DNA from: Wigglesworthia glossinidia endosymbiont of Glossina morsitans morsitans (Yale colony)
Lineage (GTDB): Bacteria > Pseudomonadota > Gammaproteobacteria > Enterobacterales > Enterobacteriaceae
Length of the DNA stretch: 32,000 nucleotides
Assembly: GCF_000247565.1 (NCBI RefSeq)
Contig: NC_016893.1
Location: forward strand, 450,001 to 482,000
Direction: 5' to 3'
A model generated the notes under the pieces. It did no database searches. It saw only the letters and a program-made list of their open reading frames with translations, and was not told the origin of the DNA. Position 1 is the stretch's first letter, and the number at the start of each line of letters is the position of its first letter. The translations under genes and the position numbers were made by a program. Positions 7,568-18,606 of the stretch are shown piece after piece.

Positions 7568-10228
7568 ATGTCAAAGCATTCATATTACGATATAGATATT
7601 AGCGAAACGCACGAATGGATAGAATCTATTCAAGCAGTAATTAAATCTGATGGAATTTTAAGAGCACAGTACTTAATTGATAAAATTTCACAAGAAGCTA
7701 AAAAAAACTGTAACGATCAAATAATGTATAATCAAAATTATGTGAACAGCATTTCTGTAGAAGAAGAGCCTCTATATCCAGGAGATTTACAATTAGAACG
7801 TCGCATTCGTTCTGTAATTAGATGGAATGCAGTCATGATGGTTTTAAAAGCTTCTCAAAAAAATTTAGAATTAGGAGGTCATATATCATCTTTTCAATCT
7901 GCTGCAACTATTTATGAAGTTTGTTTTAATCATTTTTTTCGCGGGCCTGAATCTAATGATGGAGGAGACCTAGTATATTTTCAAGGTCATATTTCACCGG
8001 GCATTTATGCTCGTGCTTTTCTTGAAGGTCGCTTAACTAAAGAACATCTTGATAATTTTAGACAAGAAACAAATGGTTGCGGATTATCATCTTATCCTCA
8101 TCCAAAACTCATGCCAAATTTTTGGCAATTCCCTACAGTTTCTATGGGGCTAGGTGCAATAAGCGGAATTTATCAAGCAAAATTTCTTAAATATTTGCAT
8201 CATAGAAAAATCAAAAATACCGAAAAAAAAGTAGTTTATGTTTTTTTAGGCGATGGAGAAATGGATGAACCTGAATCTAAAGGAGCTATTAATATAGCAG
8301 CTCGTGAAAAATTAGATAATTTAATTTTTATTGTAAACTGCAATTTACAAAGATTAGATGGTCCTGTATATGGAAACGGAAAAGTTATTAATGAACTTAC
8401 AGATTTTTTTCAAGGTTCAGGCTGGGAAGTAATTAGAGTAATTTGGGGAAGTAAATGGGATAGTCTTTTAAAAAGAGATACATCTGGAAAATTAATTCAA
8501 CTAATGAATGAAACTGTCGATGGAGATTATCAAAATTTGAAGTCTAAAAATGGAGCATACATTAGAAAAAATTTTTTTGGAAAGTTTCCTGAAACTCAAC
8601 AACTAGTACAAGATATGACTGACGACGAAATATGGAATTTGAACAGAGGTGGACATGATCCGAAAAAAATATATGCTGCTTTTAAAAAAGCTAAAAATAT
8701 TCAAAATAAACCAGTGATAATACTTACACATACAGTGAAAGGATATGGAATGGGAGACTTGGCAGAAGGGAAAAATATAGCACATCAAATAAAAAAAATG
8801 AACGAAACTAGCATAAAAAATTTTCGTAATAGATTTGATCTATACGATATCAAAGATGATCAATTAAGTATTATGCCGTATATTTCACTGAAAAAAAAAT
8901 CTCAAGAATACGAATATTTACACAATTGTCGAAAAAAATTGTTTGGATATTTACCTAAAAGAACACATACTTATGCTTCAATTAATCATGTACCTTTACT
9001 TGAAGATTTTTCATCTCTTTTAAAAGAACAAAAAAAAAATATTTCCACTACAATAGGTTTTGTGCGAATACTAAATATTTTACTAAATAATCAATCTATT
9101 GCAAAATATTTAGTGCCAATTATTGCAGATGAAGCACGTACATTTGGAATGGAAGGATTATTTCGTCAAATTGGAATTTATAATCAACATGGACAAAAAT
9201 ATATTCCTCAAGATCAAGAGCAATTAGCATATTATAAAGAAGAAAAAAAAGGACAAATTTTGCAAGAAGGTATTAACGAATTAGGAGCAACTGCTTCATG
9301 GATAGCAGCCGCAACTTCCTATAGCACTAATAAAATTACTATGATTCCATTTTATATTTATTATTCAATATTTGGATTTCAAAGAGTTGGAGATTTGATA
9401 TGGTCTGCAAGCGATCAGGGAGCAAGAGGTTTTTTAATTGGCGCTACATCTGGACGAACTACTTTAAATGGAGAAGGATTACAACATGCAGATGGACATA
9501 GCCACATCCAATCTTTAGTAATTCCTAATTGTATTTCTTATAATCCAACATATGTATATGAATTAGCCGTTATCATACAGAACGGTTTGCAACGAATGTA
9601 TGGTATAAATCCTGAAAATATTTTTTATTACATTACTACTTTAAATGAAAATTATTATATGCCATCTATTCCAAGTGGAGTAGAAGAAGGAATTTGTAGA
9701 GGTATATATAAATTAGAATCTTTTTATTCTGGAAGTAAAAAAGTCCAATTAATTGGATCAGGTGCAATATTAAGAGAAGTGAGAAAAGCAGCTCAAATTT
9801 TATATGAAAAATATAGTATTAGTGTCGATGTGTACAGCGCGACTTCATTGACTGAAATAGCACGTAATGGACAAGACTGCATGAGATGGAATACGTTGCA
9901 TCCAACGAAAGAACCGCGTATACCATATATTAGTCAAATTATGAACGCCGCTCCCGTTGTAGCATCTACAGACTACATTAAATTATTTGCGGAGCAAATC
10001 AGGAATTTTATTCCGTCAAATATTTTCAAAGTATTAGGTACTGACGGATTTGGATGCTCTGATAGTCGAGAAAATTTACGTAAACATTTTGAAATTAATT
10101 CAGGATATATTGTTGTTAATGCCTTAAGTGCTTTATATGAAGCACATAGTATAACATCAGAAATTGTAGTGCAAGCAATTAAAACTTTTAATATTGATGT
10201 CGATAAAATCAATCCCCGTTTAGTTTAA
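7568..10228 (+). CDS. aceE: pyruvate dehydrogenase E1 component
   Basis: 886 aa versus 887 in E. coli AceE. It has the ThDP-binding region GDGEMDEPES...NLQRLDGPV and GHISPGIYARAFLEGRL. SD AGGAG at 7554-7558. Confidence 0.98.
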   Translation: MSKHSYYDIDISETHEWIESIQAVIKSDGILRAQYLIDKISQEAKKNCNDQIMYNQNYVNSISVEEEPLYPGDLQLERRIRSVIRWNAVMMVLKASQKNLELGGHISSFQSAATIYEVCFNHFFRGPESNDGGDLVYFQGHISPGIYARAFLEGRLTKEHLDNFRQETNGCGLSSYPHPKLMPNFWQFPTVSMGLGAISGIYQAKFLKYLHHRKIKNTEKKVVYVFLGDGEMDEPESKGAINIAAREKLDNLIFIVNCNLQRLDGPVYGNGKVINELTDFFQGSGWEVIRVIWGSKWDSLLKRDTSGKLIQLMNETVDGDYQNLKSKNGAYIRKNFFGKFPETQQLVQDMTDDEIWNLNRGGHDPKKIYAAFKKAKNIQNKPVIILTHTVKGYGMGDLAEGKNIAHQIKKMNETSIKNFRNRFDLYDIKDDQLSIMPYISLKKKSQEYEYLHNCRKKLFGYLPKRTHTYASINHVPLLEDFSSLLKEQKKNISTTIGFVRILNILLNNQSIAKYLVPIIADEARTFGMEGLFRQIGIYNQHGQKYIPQDQEQLAYYKEEKKGQILQEGINELGATASWIAAATSYSTNKITMIPFYIYYSIFGFQRVGDLIWSASDQGARGFLIGATSGRTTLNGEGLQHADGHSHIQSLVIPNCISYNPTYVYELAVIIQNGLQRMYGINPENIFYYITTLNENYYMPSIPSGVEEGICRGIYKLESFYSGSKKVQLIGSGAILREVRKAAQILYEKYSISVDVYSATSLTEIARNGQDCMRWNTLHPTKEPRIPYISQIMNAAPVVASTDYIKLFAEQIRNFIPSNIFKVLGTDGFGCSDSRENLRKHFEINSGYIVVNALSALYEAHSITSEIVVQAIKTFNIDVDKINPRLV

Positions 10229-10241
10229 TAAAGGATAACAG

Positions 10242-11735
10242 ATGAATACCGTGGTTAAAATTCCAGATATCGGGATAGAAGATGCAGAAGTAACAGAAAT
10301 ATTAGTAAAAATAGAAGATAAAATTAAGAAAGAACAAGCACTGATTACAGTTGAAGGAGATAAAGCATCTATGCAAATCCCTTCTCCTATCTCAGGGATT
10401 TTAAAAAAAATTATGGTAAAAATTGGAGATAAAGTATCTACTAATCAAGAAATTATGTTTTTTGAAAAAACTGATAAAAATGATAAATTTATTGCCAAAA
10501 AAATGCTAAAAAAAGTTGAAAAAAAATTACTTGATTCTAAACATGAAGAGTTTAAAAAAATATATGCTAGTGAATTAGGAATATTGAATCGTGCCGAAAT
10601 TATACGTGTATCAATTCATGAAGAAAATAATATAAAAATTAATTCTCCTATTTTAATTATTCAAGATTGCAAAGGAACTAGAAAAATTTTATCAACAATT
10701 TCTGGAATAGTAAAAAATGTTCAAATTAAAGCTGGTGATCACGTTGACCCTGACACATTACTTTATGATATTTATGTTTCTAAAATTTTTGAAAAAAAAC
10801 CAAAAAATTTGTTAAAAACCATAATTCAAAATAATCAAATATATGCTAGTCCATTAATAAGACGCATTGCATTAAAATATAATATTAATTTATCTCATAT
10901 ACACGGTAGCGGTCGTAAAGGAAGAATTTTACCTACAGATCTTGAGAAATATATTAATATTTATGAAAATAATCAACTGAGTCAAAATACGAAAAATGTT
11001 CAAAGTTTTTCAGAAGATTCACAGTACGAAGTATATGGAAAAATTGAAATTCAAGAATTGACGAAAATAAAAAAAGTTTCTGGAAAAAATTTATCTAAAA
11101 ATTGGAAAAATATCCCACATGTAACACAATTTGATCAGGCAGATATTCATGAATTAGAAATTTTTAGAAAAAATCAAAATATTATATTACAAAAAAAAAA
11201 TAAAATAAAAATTACAATTTTATCTTTTGTTATTAAAGCTGTTATTGCAACTTTGAAAGAGTATCCTCAATTTAATAGTTCTTTATCTCAAGATCAAAAA
11301 AAAATATTTTTGAAAAAATATTTTAATATCGGTATTGCTGTAAATACAGAACAAGGATTAATGGTACCCATAATTTTTAATGCGGATTCAAAAGGGATTC
11401 TAGAAATCTCTCAAGAGATATCAAATATTGCAAAAAAAGCTAGATCAGGAATATTGTCCAATAAAGATATGAAAGGTGGATGTTTTACAATATCTAATCT
11501 AGGAGGTATTGGAGGAAAAGAATTTACTCCAATTATTAACGCTCCAGAAGTAGCAATTTTAGGAATTTCTCAGGCGAGTATACAAGCTATTTGGAACGGC
11601 GATACTTTTGTGCCCAAATTAATGTTGCCATTATCTTTATCTTATGATCATCGCGTCATCGATGGCGTAGAAGGTGCTAAATTTATTAATTTTTTTAAAA
11701 ACCTTATATCTGATATTAGATTACTAATATTGTGA
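10242..11735 (+). CDS. aceF: pyruvate dehydrogenase E2, dihydrolipoamide acetyltransferase (two lipoyl-type domains instead of three)
   Basis: Lipoyl domain 1 carries the canonical VEGDKASM. A second, degenerate lipoyl-like domain follows, then the E3-binding domain ([33 protein letters not shown]) and a catalytic domain with DHRVIDG. 497 aa versus 630 in E. coli. Confidence 0.97.
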   Translation: [497 protein letters not shown]

Positions 11736-11797
11736 TTTCTATGATTTTTTTAAAAAATTAAATACAATTAACTTTTAATAGAAATTAAGGCTTACAT

Positions 11798-13228
11798 ATG
11801 AATACAAATGTTATTAAAACCCAAGTTGTAGTGCTTGGATCGGGTCCAAGCGGATATTCTGCTGCATTTCGCTGTGCAGATTTAGGACTAAAAACAGTTT
11901 TGATTGAACAATTTTCTGCGTTAGGTGGTGTATGCTTAAATGTTGGATGTATTCCATCTAAGTCATTGTTACATATTGCACAAATTTTAAATGAAACAAA
12001 GATGTTAAAAAATGCAGGAATATTATTTAACAAACCTAAAATAGATTTATTTCAAATGAGACAATGGAAATCTGAAATTATCTTAAAACTTACTAATGGT
12101 TTGAAATCAATGGCAAATGCTAGAAAAGTCGAAATTATACATGGTTATGGAAATTTTGTAGATTCACATATATTAAGCATAAAAAATCATGAAAAAACAA
12201 TTACATTAAACTTTGATCAAGCTATTATTGCAGTAGGATCAAAACCAATACAACAAACTCTTATTAAAGAACCAAACGAAAAAATTTGGGATTCTACAGA
12301 TGCTTTAAAAATTAGTTTTATTCCAAAAAGATTACTAATTGTTGGAGGCGGCATTATTGGTTTAGAAATGGCAACTATTTATCATGCGTTAGGATCAGAA
12401 ATATATATCTCCGAAATATCTGAACAAATCATTTCTGCAGCCGATTCAGACGTAATAGAGAGTTTTTATAAAAATATAAAACATAAATTTAATATTATGT
12501 TAAATACTAAAATTAATAATCTACGCACCTCGAATAATCATGTTCAAGTAGAATTGAATAATACTAAAAATAATAAAATAACAAATATGTCATTTCATGC
12601 GGTTTTATTTTCTATAGGTCGTAGTCCAAATTCAAAATTGATTAATGTTCAGGATATTGGAGTAGAAGTAGATAAATCAGGATATATAAAAGTGGATAAT
12701 CAAATGCGTACCAATATACCACATATTTACGCTATTGGAGATGTTATTGGACAACCTATGTTAGCTCATAAAGGAATGTATCAAGGTCACATAGCAGCAG
12801 AAGTTATTTATGGAGAAAAACACTACTTTGATCCTAAAGTAATTCCATCAATTGCATATACTTATCCAGAAGTTTCTTGGGTTGGAATTACAGAAAAAGA
12901 AGCAAAAATAAACAAATTATCATATGAATCTTCTACTTTCCCTTGGAGTGCTTTAGGAAGAGCAGTGTCTTCTGGTTACAATGGTATGACTAAATTAATC
13001 TTTCATAAAGATACAAAAAGAATTATTGGAGGCGCTGTAGTCGGTTGTAATAGCAGTGAAATTCTCGGCGAAATTAGTTTGGCAATTGAAATGGGTTGCG
13101 ACGTGAATGATATTGCTTTAACAATTCATGCGCATCCAACGCTACATGAATCTATTGGAAGAGCATCTGAAATGTTTTCTGGAACTATTACTGATTTTTT
13201 AAATAAAAAAACTAAAAATATAGTTTAA
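11798..13228 (+). CDS. lpdA: dihydrolipoamide dehydrogenase (E3)
   Basis: 476 aa. It has the FAD motif GSGPSGYSAA, the redox-active disulfide GGVCLNVGCIPSK and the C-terminal HAHPTLHE. It follows aceF as in E. coli. Confidence 0.98.
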   Translation: MNTNVIKTQVVVLGSGPSGYSAAFRCADLGLKTVLIEQFSALGGVCLNVGCIPSKSLLHIAQILNETKMLKNAGILFNKPKIDLFQMRQWKSEIILKLTNGLKSMANARKVEIIHGYGNFVDSHILSIKNHEKTITLNFDQAIIAVGSKPIQQTLIKEPNEKIWDSTDALKISFIPKRLLIVGGGIIGLEMATIYHALGSEIYISEISEQIISAADSDVIESFYKNIKHKFNIMLNTKINNLRTSNNHVQVELNNTKNNKITNMSFHAVLFSIGRSPNSKLINVQDIGVEVDKSGYIKVDNQMRTNIPHIYAIGDVIGQPMLAHKGMYQGHIAAEVIYGEKHYFDPKVIPSIAYTYPEVSWVGITEKEAKINKLSYESSTFPWSALGRAVSSGYNGMTKLIFHKDTKRIIGGAVVGCNSSEILGEISLAIEMGCDVNDIALTIHAHPTLHESIGRASEMFSGTITDFLNKKTKNIV

Positions 13229-13266
13229 ATTATAATTGGAATAAAAATAATTTAAAAATTTAAATT

Positions 13267-14061
13267 TTATATTGCTATTGGTGCTTTTATTTTAGGATGA
13301 TAACGATAATTCATTAAATGAAAATTTTCAAATTTGTAATTAAATAAAGATTTCGGTTTTTTCACTAATGAAATTTTAGGTGATCGAAAAGGTGTACGAT
13401 TTATTTGTAATTTAGCTTGTTCTAAATGACTTTTATACAAATGTATATCGCCTCCAGTCCAAATTAATTCTCCAATATCAAGATCGCATTGTTGCGCAAA
13501 CATATGTAATAGCAAAGCATAGCTAGCTAAATTAAATGGCAAACCAAGAAAAATATCACAGGATCGCTGATATACTTGACAAGATAAAGTATCATTCACA
13601 ACATAAAATTGAAATAAGACATGACATGGAGGAAGCGCCATAAATTTTAAATCGCTAACATTCCAGGAAGAAACTAAGATTCTTCTAGATTCTGGAGTAT
13701 GCTTTAATTGATACAAAGCAATCGATATTTGATCAATTGTAGAAAAATTATCAACATTCCAAGATCTCCATTGTTTTCCATATATCGGTCCTAAATTTCC
13801 TTGGAAATCAGCCCATTCATCCCAAATAGATACTTTATGTTTATTTAAGTACGAAATATTTGTATCTCCATTTAAAAACCATAACAATTCATATACTATT
13901 GATTTAAAATGACAATACTTTGTAGTTAACAAAGGAAATCCATGTTTTAAACTTATTCGTATTTGATGTCCAAAAATAGATAGAGTGCCTATTTTAGTAC
14001 GATCTTTTTTTTCAAAACCATGATGTAAAGTAAAATTTAATAAATTCAAGTATTGTTTCAT
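13267..14061 (-). CDS. thyA: thymidylate synthase
   Basis: 264 aa, identical in length to E. coli ThyA. It has the catalytic Cys in ALPPCH, plus [16 protein letters not shown]. It lies directly downstream of lgt. Confidence 0.98.
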   Translation of the reverse strand: MKQYLNLLNFTLHHGFEKKDRTKIGTLSIFGHQIRISLKHGFPLLTTKYCHFKSIVYELLWFLNGDTNISYLNKHKVSIWDEWADFQGNLGPIYGKQWRSWNVDNFSTIDQISIALYQLKHTPESRRILVSSWNVSDLKFMALPPCHVLFQFYVVNDTLSCQVYQRSCDIFLGLPFNLASYALLLHMFAQQCDLDIGELIWTGGDIHLYKSHLEQAKLQINRTPFRSPKISLVKKPKSLFNYKFENFHLMNYRYHPKIKAPIAI

Positions 14062-14063
14062 TT

Positions 14064-14927
14064 TTATTTTAATTTTCTTTTAATATTACAAGATGAATAT
14101 ACAATTAATATAATTCCGATAAAAATCATAGGAAAAGATAATATTTGACCTAAACTTAAATAATTAAATAACAATCCTATCTGAGGATCTGGCTGTCGAA
14201 AAAACTCTGCTATTGTTCTAAAAAGTCCATATAATAACAAAAATAATCCAGAAATATATCCTGTCGGTTTGCATTTTTTCACAAAACAATTAAGTATTAT
14301 AAATAATAATACGCCTTCTAAAAACATTTCATATATTTGTGACATATGTCTTGGTAAAACATGATATTTGTCAAAAATTATTTGCCATTGAGGATTAGTT
14401 TTAAGTAATTCAAGATCTTCTGATCTTGAATTAGGAAATAACATAGTTAAACAAAAAGATGTATTTACTCTTCCCCATAATTCACCGTTAATAAAGTTTC
14501 CTATCCTTCCGGCACCTAATCCGAATGGTACTAAAGGCGCAAAAAAATCAGTTATTTTAAAAAATTGATATCGATATCTTTTTGAAAAATAATACATTGC
14601 ACAAATAGCTCCAGTTAAACCACCGTGAAATGACATTCCACCTTCCCATATTTTAAATATGTAATATGGATCTAAAAATAACATATTTATCTTATATAAT
14701 AGTACATATCCAAGTCTTCCACCAATTACGGCGCTTAAAAAAGAATAATACAGTATATTTTCTATTTTTTTTTTATTTAAATGAATTAGATCTATGCGCT
14801 TACTTGCACACCACATTATAAAATAAAAACTTATTAAATACATTATTCCATACCAATGAATAGAAAATATGCCAAAAGAAAAAAGTATAGGATTATATTG
14901 AGGAAACATTAAATAGCAATTTGTCAT
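14064..14927 (-). CDS. lgt: prolipoprotein diacylglyceryl transferase
   Basis: 287 aa polytopic membrane protein. Its N-terminus [31 protein letters not shown] aligns with E. coli [31 protein letters not shown]. The lgt-thyA operon order is kept, with a 2-nt spacer. Confidence 0.95.
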   Translation of the reverse strand: MTNCYLMFPQYNPILFSFGIFSIHWYGIMYLISFYFIMWCASKRIDLIHLNKKKIENILYYSFLSAVIGGRLGYVLLYKINMLFLDPYYIFKIWEGGMSFHGGLTGAICAMYYFSKRYRYQFFKITDFFAPLVPFGLGAGRIGNFINGELWGRVNTSFCLTMLFPNSRSEDLELLKTNPQWQIIFDKYHVLPRHMSQIYEMFLEGVLLFIILNCFVKKCKPTGYISGLFLLLYGLFRTIAEFFRQPDPQIGLLFNYLSLGQILSFPMIFIGIILIVYSSCNIKRKLK

Positions 14928-15128
14928 ATTAAATTTTATTTATTTTGAGTATTTAAAATTAAATTTTATTTATTAATAATATATAATATTTATTCAAACT
15001 TGAATAAAAACTTAAAAAGTTTTATATTTACTTAACATATTAAATTCAATCTTAATATACATTTAAAAATTTAAAATATCATTTATTTTATATAAAAATA
15101 ATTATATTAACTAAATAAATAAATTAAA

Positions 15129-15935
15129 ATGGAAAAAATTTATCAGATTTTATCTATTTCTGGAACAGATCCAAGCGGAGGTGCCGGCATGCAAGCAGAT
15201 TTAAAAACGTTTGCAGCGCTAGGCGTTTATGGAGCCTCCGTTATCACATCTTTAGTATCTCAAAATACTCTTGGAATACAAAAAATTTTTTCTGTTTCAG
15301 AAAAGTGCATAATAAGTCAAATAGACTCCGTAATTAGTGATCTAAAAATTAGTGCGATTAAAATCGGTATGATTTTAAAATCTTCTGTTATTCATATAAT
15401 TTCTGAAAAACTTCAAAAGTGTTTTGTTCCATGGATTGTATTAGATCCAGTAATTTTTGCAAAAGATGGTTCTAGATTGTTAAATCAAGAAGCAGAAAAT
15501 CTTTTAAAAAATACCTTAATACCTCATGCATCTATTATTACACCAAATTTATTAGAAGCAGGATTATTATTAAGTCGACCTACAGCATGTAATGAAAAAC
15601 AAATGCAAGAGCAAGGCAGATCTCTTTTGAAATATGGATGTAAATCAGTTTTGATAAAGGGAGGACATTTAAATACTAAAAATAGTCCGGATTGGTTTAT
15701 TAGTAAAGAAAATGAAATTAGATTTAATACAGATCGCATCTTCACTAAAAATACTCATGGTACAGGATGTACCTTATCTGCTGCATTAGCTGCTTTACGT
15801 CCAAAATGTAAAAATTGGGAAACTACCATTAAATTAGCAAAAAAATGGTTAACAGGCGCTATATTAAACGCAAATCAATTAAAAATTGGACACGGGAATG
15901 GTCCGGTACATCATTTTTACAAAGTTTGGAAATAA
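15129..15935 (+). CDS. thiD: hydroxymethylpyrimidine/phosphomethylpyrimidine kinase (thiamine biosynthesis)
   Basis: 268 aa, collinear with E. coli ThiD. Motifs include GTDPSGGAGMQADLKTF, ITPNLLEA, TKNTHGTGCTLSAALAALRP and GPVHHF. Confidence 0.93.
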   Translation: MEKIYQILSISGTDPSGGAGMQADLKTFAALGVYGASVITSLVSQNTLGIQKIFSVSEKCIISQIDSVISDLKISAIKIGMILKSSVIHIISEKLQKCFVPWIVLDPVIFAKDGSRLLNQEAENLLKNTLIPHASIITPNLLEAGLLLSRPTACNEKQMQEQGRSLLKYGCKSVLIKGGHLNTKNSPDWFISKENEIRFNTDRIFTKNTHGTGCTLSAALAALRPKCKNWETTIKLAKKWLTGAILNANQLKIGHGNGPVHHFYKVWK

Positions 15936-15960
15936 ACATTCTCAATCAAATTAATATAAG

Positions 15961-16626
15961 TTATAATTTACTATTATTAGTAATTTGTAAAAATTCATTT
16001 CTCAAATGCAATTGATCACGAAATTTGCCACCAAACGCTAATGTTTTTGTGTTACTTTCAGAATCTTTAATTCCTCGCGCTCTTACACAAAAATGACGAG
16101 CGCGTATTGAAACTGCTACGTTTTTTGTACTGAGTAAAATTTGCAAAGCAATTAAAATTTGACGTGTAAGTCGTTCTTGTATTTGAGGACGTTTAGAAAA
16201 AAAATTGACAATTCGATTTATTTTAGATAAACCAATTAAGACGTATTCGGGAATATAAGCAACAGTTGCTTTTCCTTCAAAAACTAAGAAATGATGCTCA
16301 CATATACTATGAAAAATGATATCGTCTATAATAATCATCTCGTTAATTTTTGTTATATTTTTTATAACAGTTATTTTAGGAAAATTAGCATAATTCAATC
16401 CAGAAAAAATTTCTTCTATATACATTCGTGCAATTCGCAATGGTGTTTGCGACAAACTATCGTTAGTTAAATTTAAATTCAAAAGCTTCATAATTTTTTG
16501 AATGTATTTGGCAATCAATACTTTTTTTTGTTTTATATCTTTAAAACAATTAAAAAAAGGATTTTCTAAACCTTGAGATATCAATGCATGTTTCACTTGC
16601 AAAGCTTCTTTCGTAAATTTTGACAT
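15961..16626 (-). CDS. folE: GTP cyclohydrolase I (folate biosynthesis)
   Basis: Motifs CEHHFL..GKATVAYIP, IGLSKINRIV..F..RPQIQERLT. The ORF-track start at 16665 is a TTG with no SD. The ATG at 16626-16624 (MSKFTKEALQVKHAL) aligns with the E. coli N-terminus MPSLSKEAALVHEAL, has a GAG(A) SD-like element upstream and gives 221 aa (E. coli 222). The start could alternatively be 16665. Confidence 0.93.
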   Translation of the reverse strand: MSKFTKEALQVKHALISQGLENPFFNCFKDIKQKKVLIAKYIQKIMKLLNLNLTNDSLSQTPLRIARMYIEEIFSGLNYANFPKITVIKNITKINEMIIIDDIIFHSICEHHFLVFEGKATVAYIPEYVLIGLSKINRIVNFFSKRPQIQERLTRQILIALQILLSTKNVAVSIRARHFCVRARGIKDSESNTKTLAFGGKFRDQLHLRNEFLQITNNSKL

Positions 16627-16839
16627 ATATTTCTCAAATAAATTTATTTTAGATTTTTTGATCAATTTTAATTAGGATTTTTTTTAGAAATGTAAAAACA
16701 TTAATTATATTAAAAATTTTTTATTGCATTTATTTTAATCAAAAGTAATATTTAAAGTATTTTTAAATCAAACTTATTCCAAGCATAGCTTCTAAAGTTT
16801 AAAAAATCAGAGAATATATGAATTTATTTACTTTATACC

Positions 16840-17982
16840 CTAAAAATCACGTAATAATTGTGCTTTATCAATTTTTTCCCAAGGAAAATGACTTTTACTA
16901 AAATGTCCATATACCGAAGTTTCTTGATAAATAGGTCTAAGTAAACCCAACATTTTTATGATTCCATATGGGCGTAAGTCAAAATATTTATTAATTAAGT
17001 ATATCAAACTTTTATTAGAAATTTTTTGCGTTCCAAAAGTTTCTACAGACATAGAAATTGGATGAGATACGCCAATTGCATATGAAATTTGGATTTCGCA
17101 ACATTCAGCTAATCCTGATGCAACAATATTTTTTGCTATATATCGTAAAGCATACGTTGCAGAACGATCGACTTTAGATGGATCTTTTCCGGAAAGTGAA
17201 CCGCCTCCATGACGTGCCATACCTCCATATGTATCTGCTATTATTTTTCTTCCAGTTAATCCGCAATCTCCCATTGGACCACCAATTACGAATCTTCCAG
17301 TAGGATTTATAAAATATTTTGTTTTTTTAGTAATCCATTTTTTTGGTAATGTTGGTTGAATAATTTCTTCCATAATTCCTGATCGCAAATCAGTAAGTGT
17401 TACATCTTCAGAATGTTGTGTAGAAAAAACTACTGTATCAATTCCAATAATTTTTTTATTTTCATATATGAAAGTAACTTGACTTTTAGCATCTGGCCGT
17501 AACCAAGGCAAAATATTTTTTTTTCTTACTATAGATTGTTTGAGCATTAATTTGTTTGCATAAGCAATTGGCGCTGGCATAAATGCATCAGTTTCATTGG
17601 TGGCATATCCAAAAATTATTCCTTGATCGCCAGCACCTTGATGTACAGTATGAAATTTATCTAATCCAATTACAATATCTTCGGACTGTTTACTGATATT
17701 ATTTAATATAGCACAAGAGTTAGCATCGAATCCCATATTAGAATGAATATATCCAATATTTCGAATGGTATTTCGTATTAATTTTTCAATATCAATTTTT
17801 GCATTTGTATGGATTTCTCCACCAACTAAAACGATTCCAGTTTTTACATATGTTTCACACGCAACTCTTGCTTGCGTATCTTGTGTTAAGATAGCATCCA
17901 AAATTACATCAGAAATTTGATCTGCTATTTTATCTGGATGTCCTTCTGATACAGATTCAGATGTAAATAATGATTGATTCAT
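16840..17982 (-). CDS. metK: S-adenosylmethionine synthetase
   Basis: 380 aa. Motifs include [26 protein letters not shown] and [17 protein letters not shown]. Confidence 0.98.
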   Translation of the reverse strand: MNQSLFTSESVSEGHPDKIADQISDVILDAILTQDTQARVACETYVKTGIVLVGGEIHTNAKIDIEKLIRNTIRNIGYIHSNMGFDANSCAILNNISKQSEDIVIGLDKFHTVHQGAGDQGIIFGYATNETDAFMPAPIAYANKLMLKQSIVRKKNILPWLRPDAKSQVTFIYENKKIIGIDTVVFSTQHSEDVTLTDLRSGIMEEIIQPTLPKKWITKKTKYFINPTGRFVIGGPMGDCGLTGRKIIADTYGGMARHGGGSLSGKDPSKVDRSATYALRYIAKNIVASGLAECCEIQISYAIGVSHPISMSVETFGTQKISNKSLIYLINKYFDLRPYGIIKMLGLLRPIYQETSVYGHFSKSHFPWEKIDKAQLLRDF

Positions 17983-18606
17983 GATATCCTTTTATTTATT
18001 AAATATTTTATTAAATTTTAAAATTTTTTTATTTATATAAAATGTATACATTACATTAAATTTCAGTTTACTATATAATGAATAAAAACAATATTATTTT
18101 ATAATATTAAATTAATACTAGCAACTTTTAATTTTGTAAATTGATATAAAATAAAACAATTTTTTTCTGTATTAAATAATTTACATAAAATAATTTTTAA
18201 TAAAAATATCGACATAATTGAATTTAAATTTTATAACAAAACATGAATTTTATTAAATAAATAATTTTATTTATATATAATACTTATATATACTAATAAC
18301 TTTTAGTTAAAAATTTGAAATTTATTCGTAAACATATCATTAAAAATATAAAATCTAAATGTCTTTTTAAGATATATTATAAATATATCAAACCAAAATT
18401 CTAATTTTCAAATATTATTTTTTTAGTAAAAACTTTCATATAAAACAAATTTAAATTTTAATGTTATTTATAAAATTAAATTTATTTACTTTAAAATTAT
18501 AAATTGTACATATAGATAACAATCTAAGAAATTATAATTAAATATTAATGACAAAAATATAAGAAATACTTAGTATTAACTTAAAAAATTATTTTTAACG
18601 AATCAT

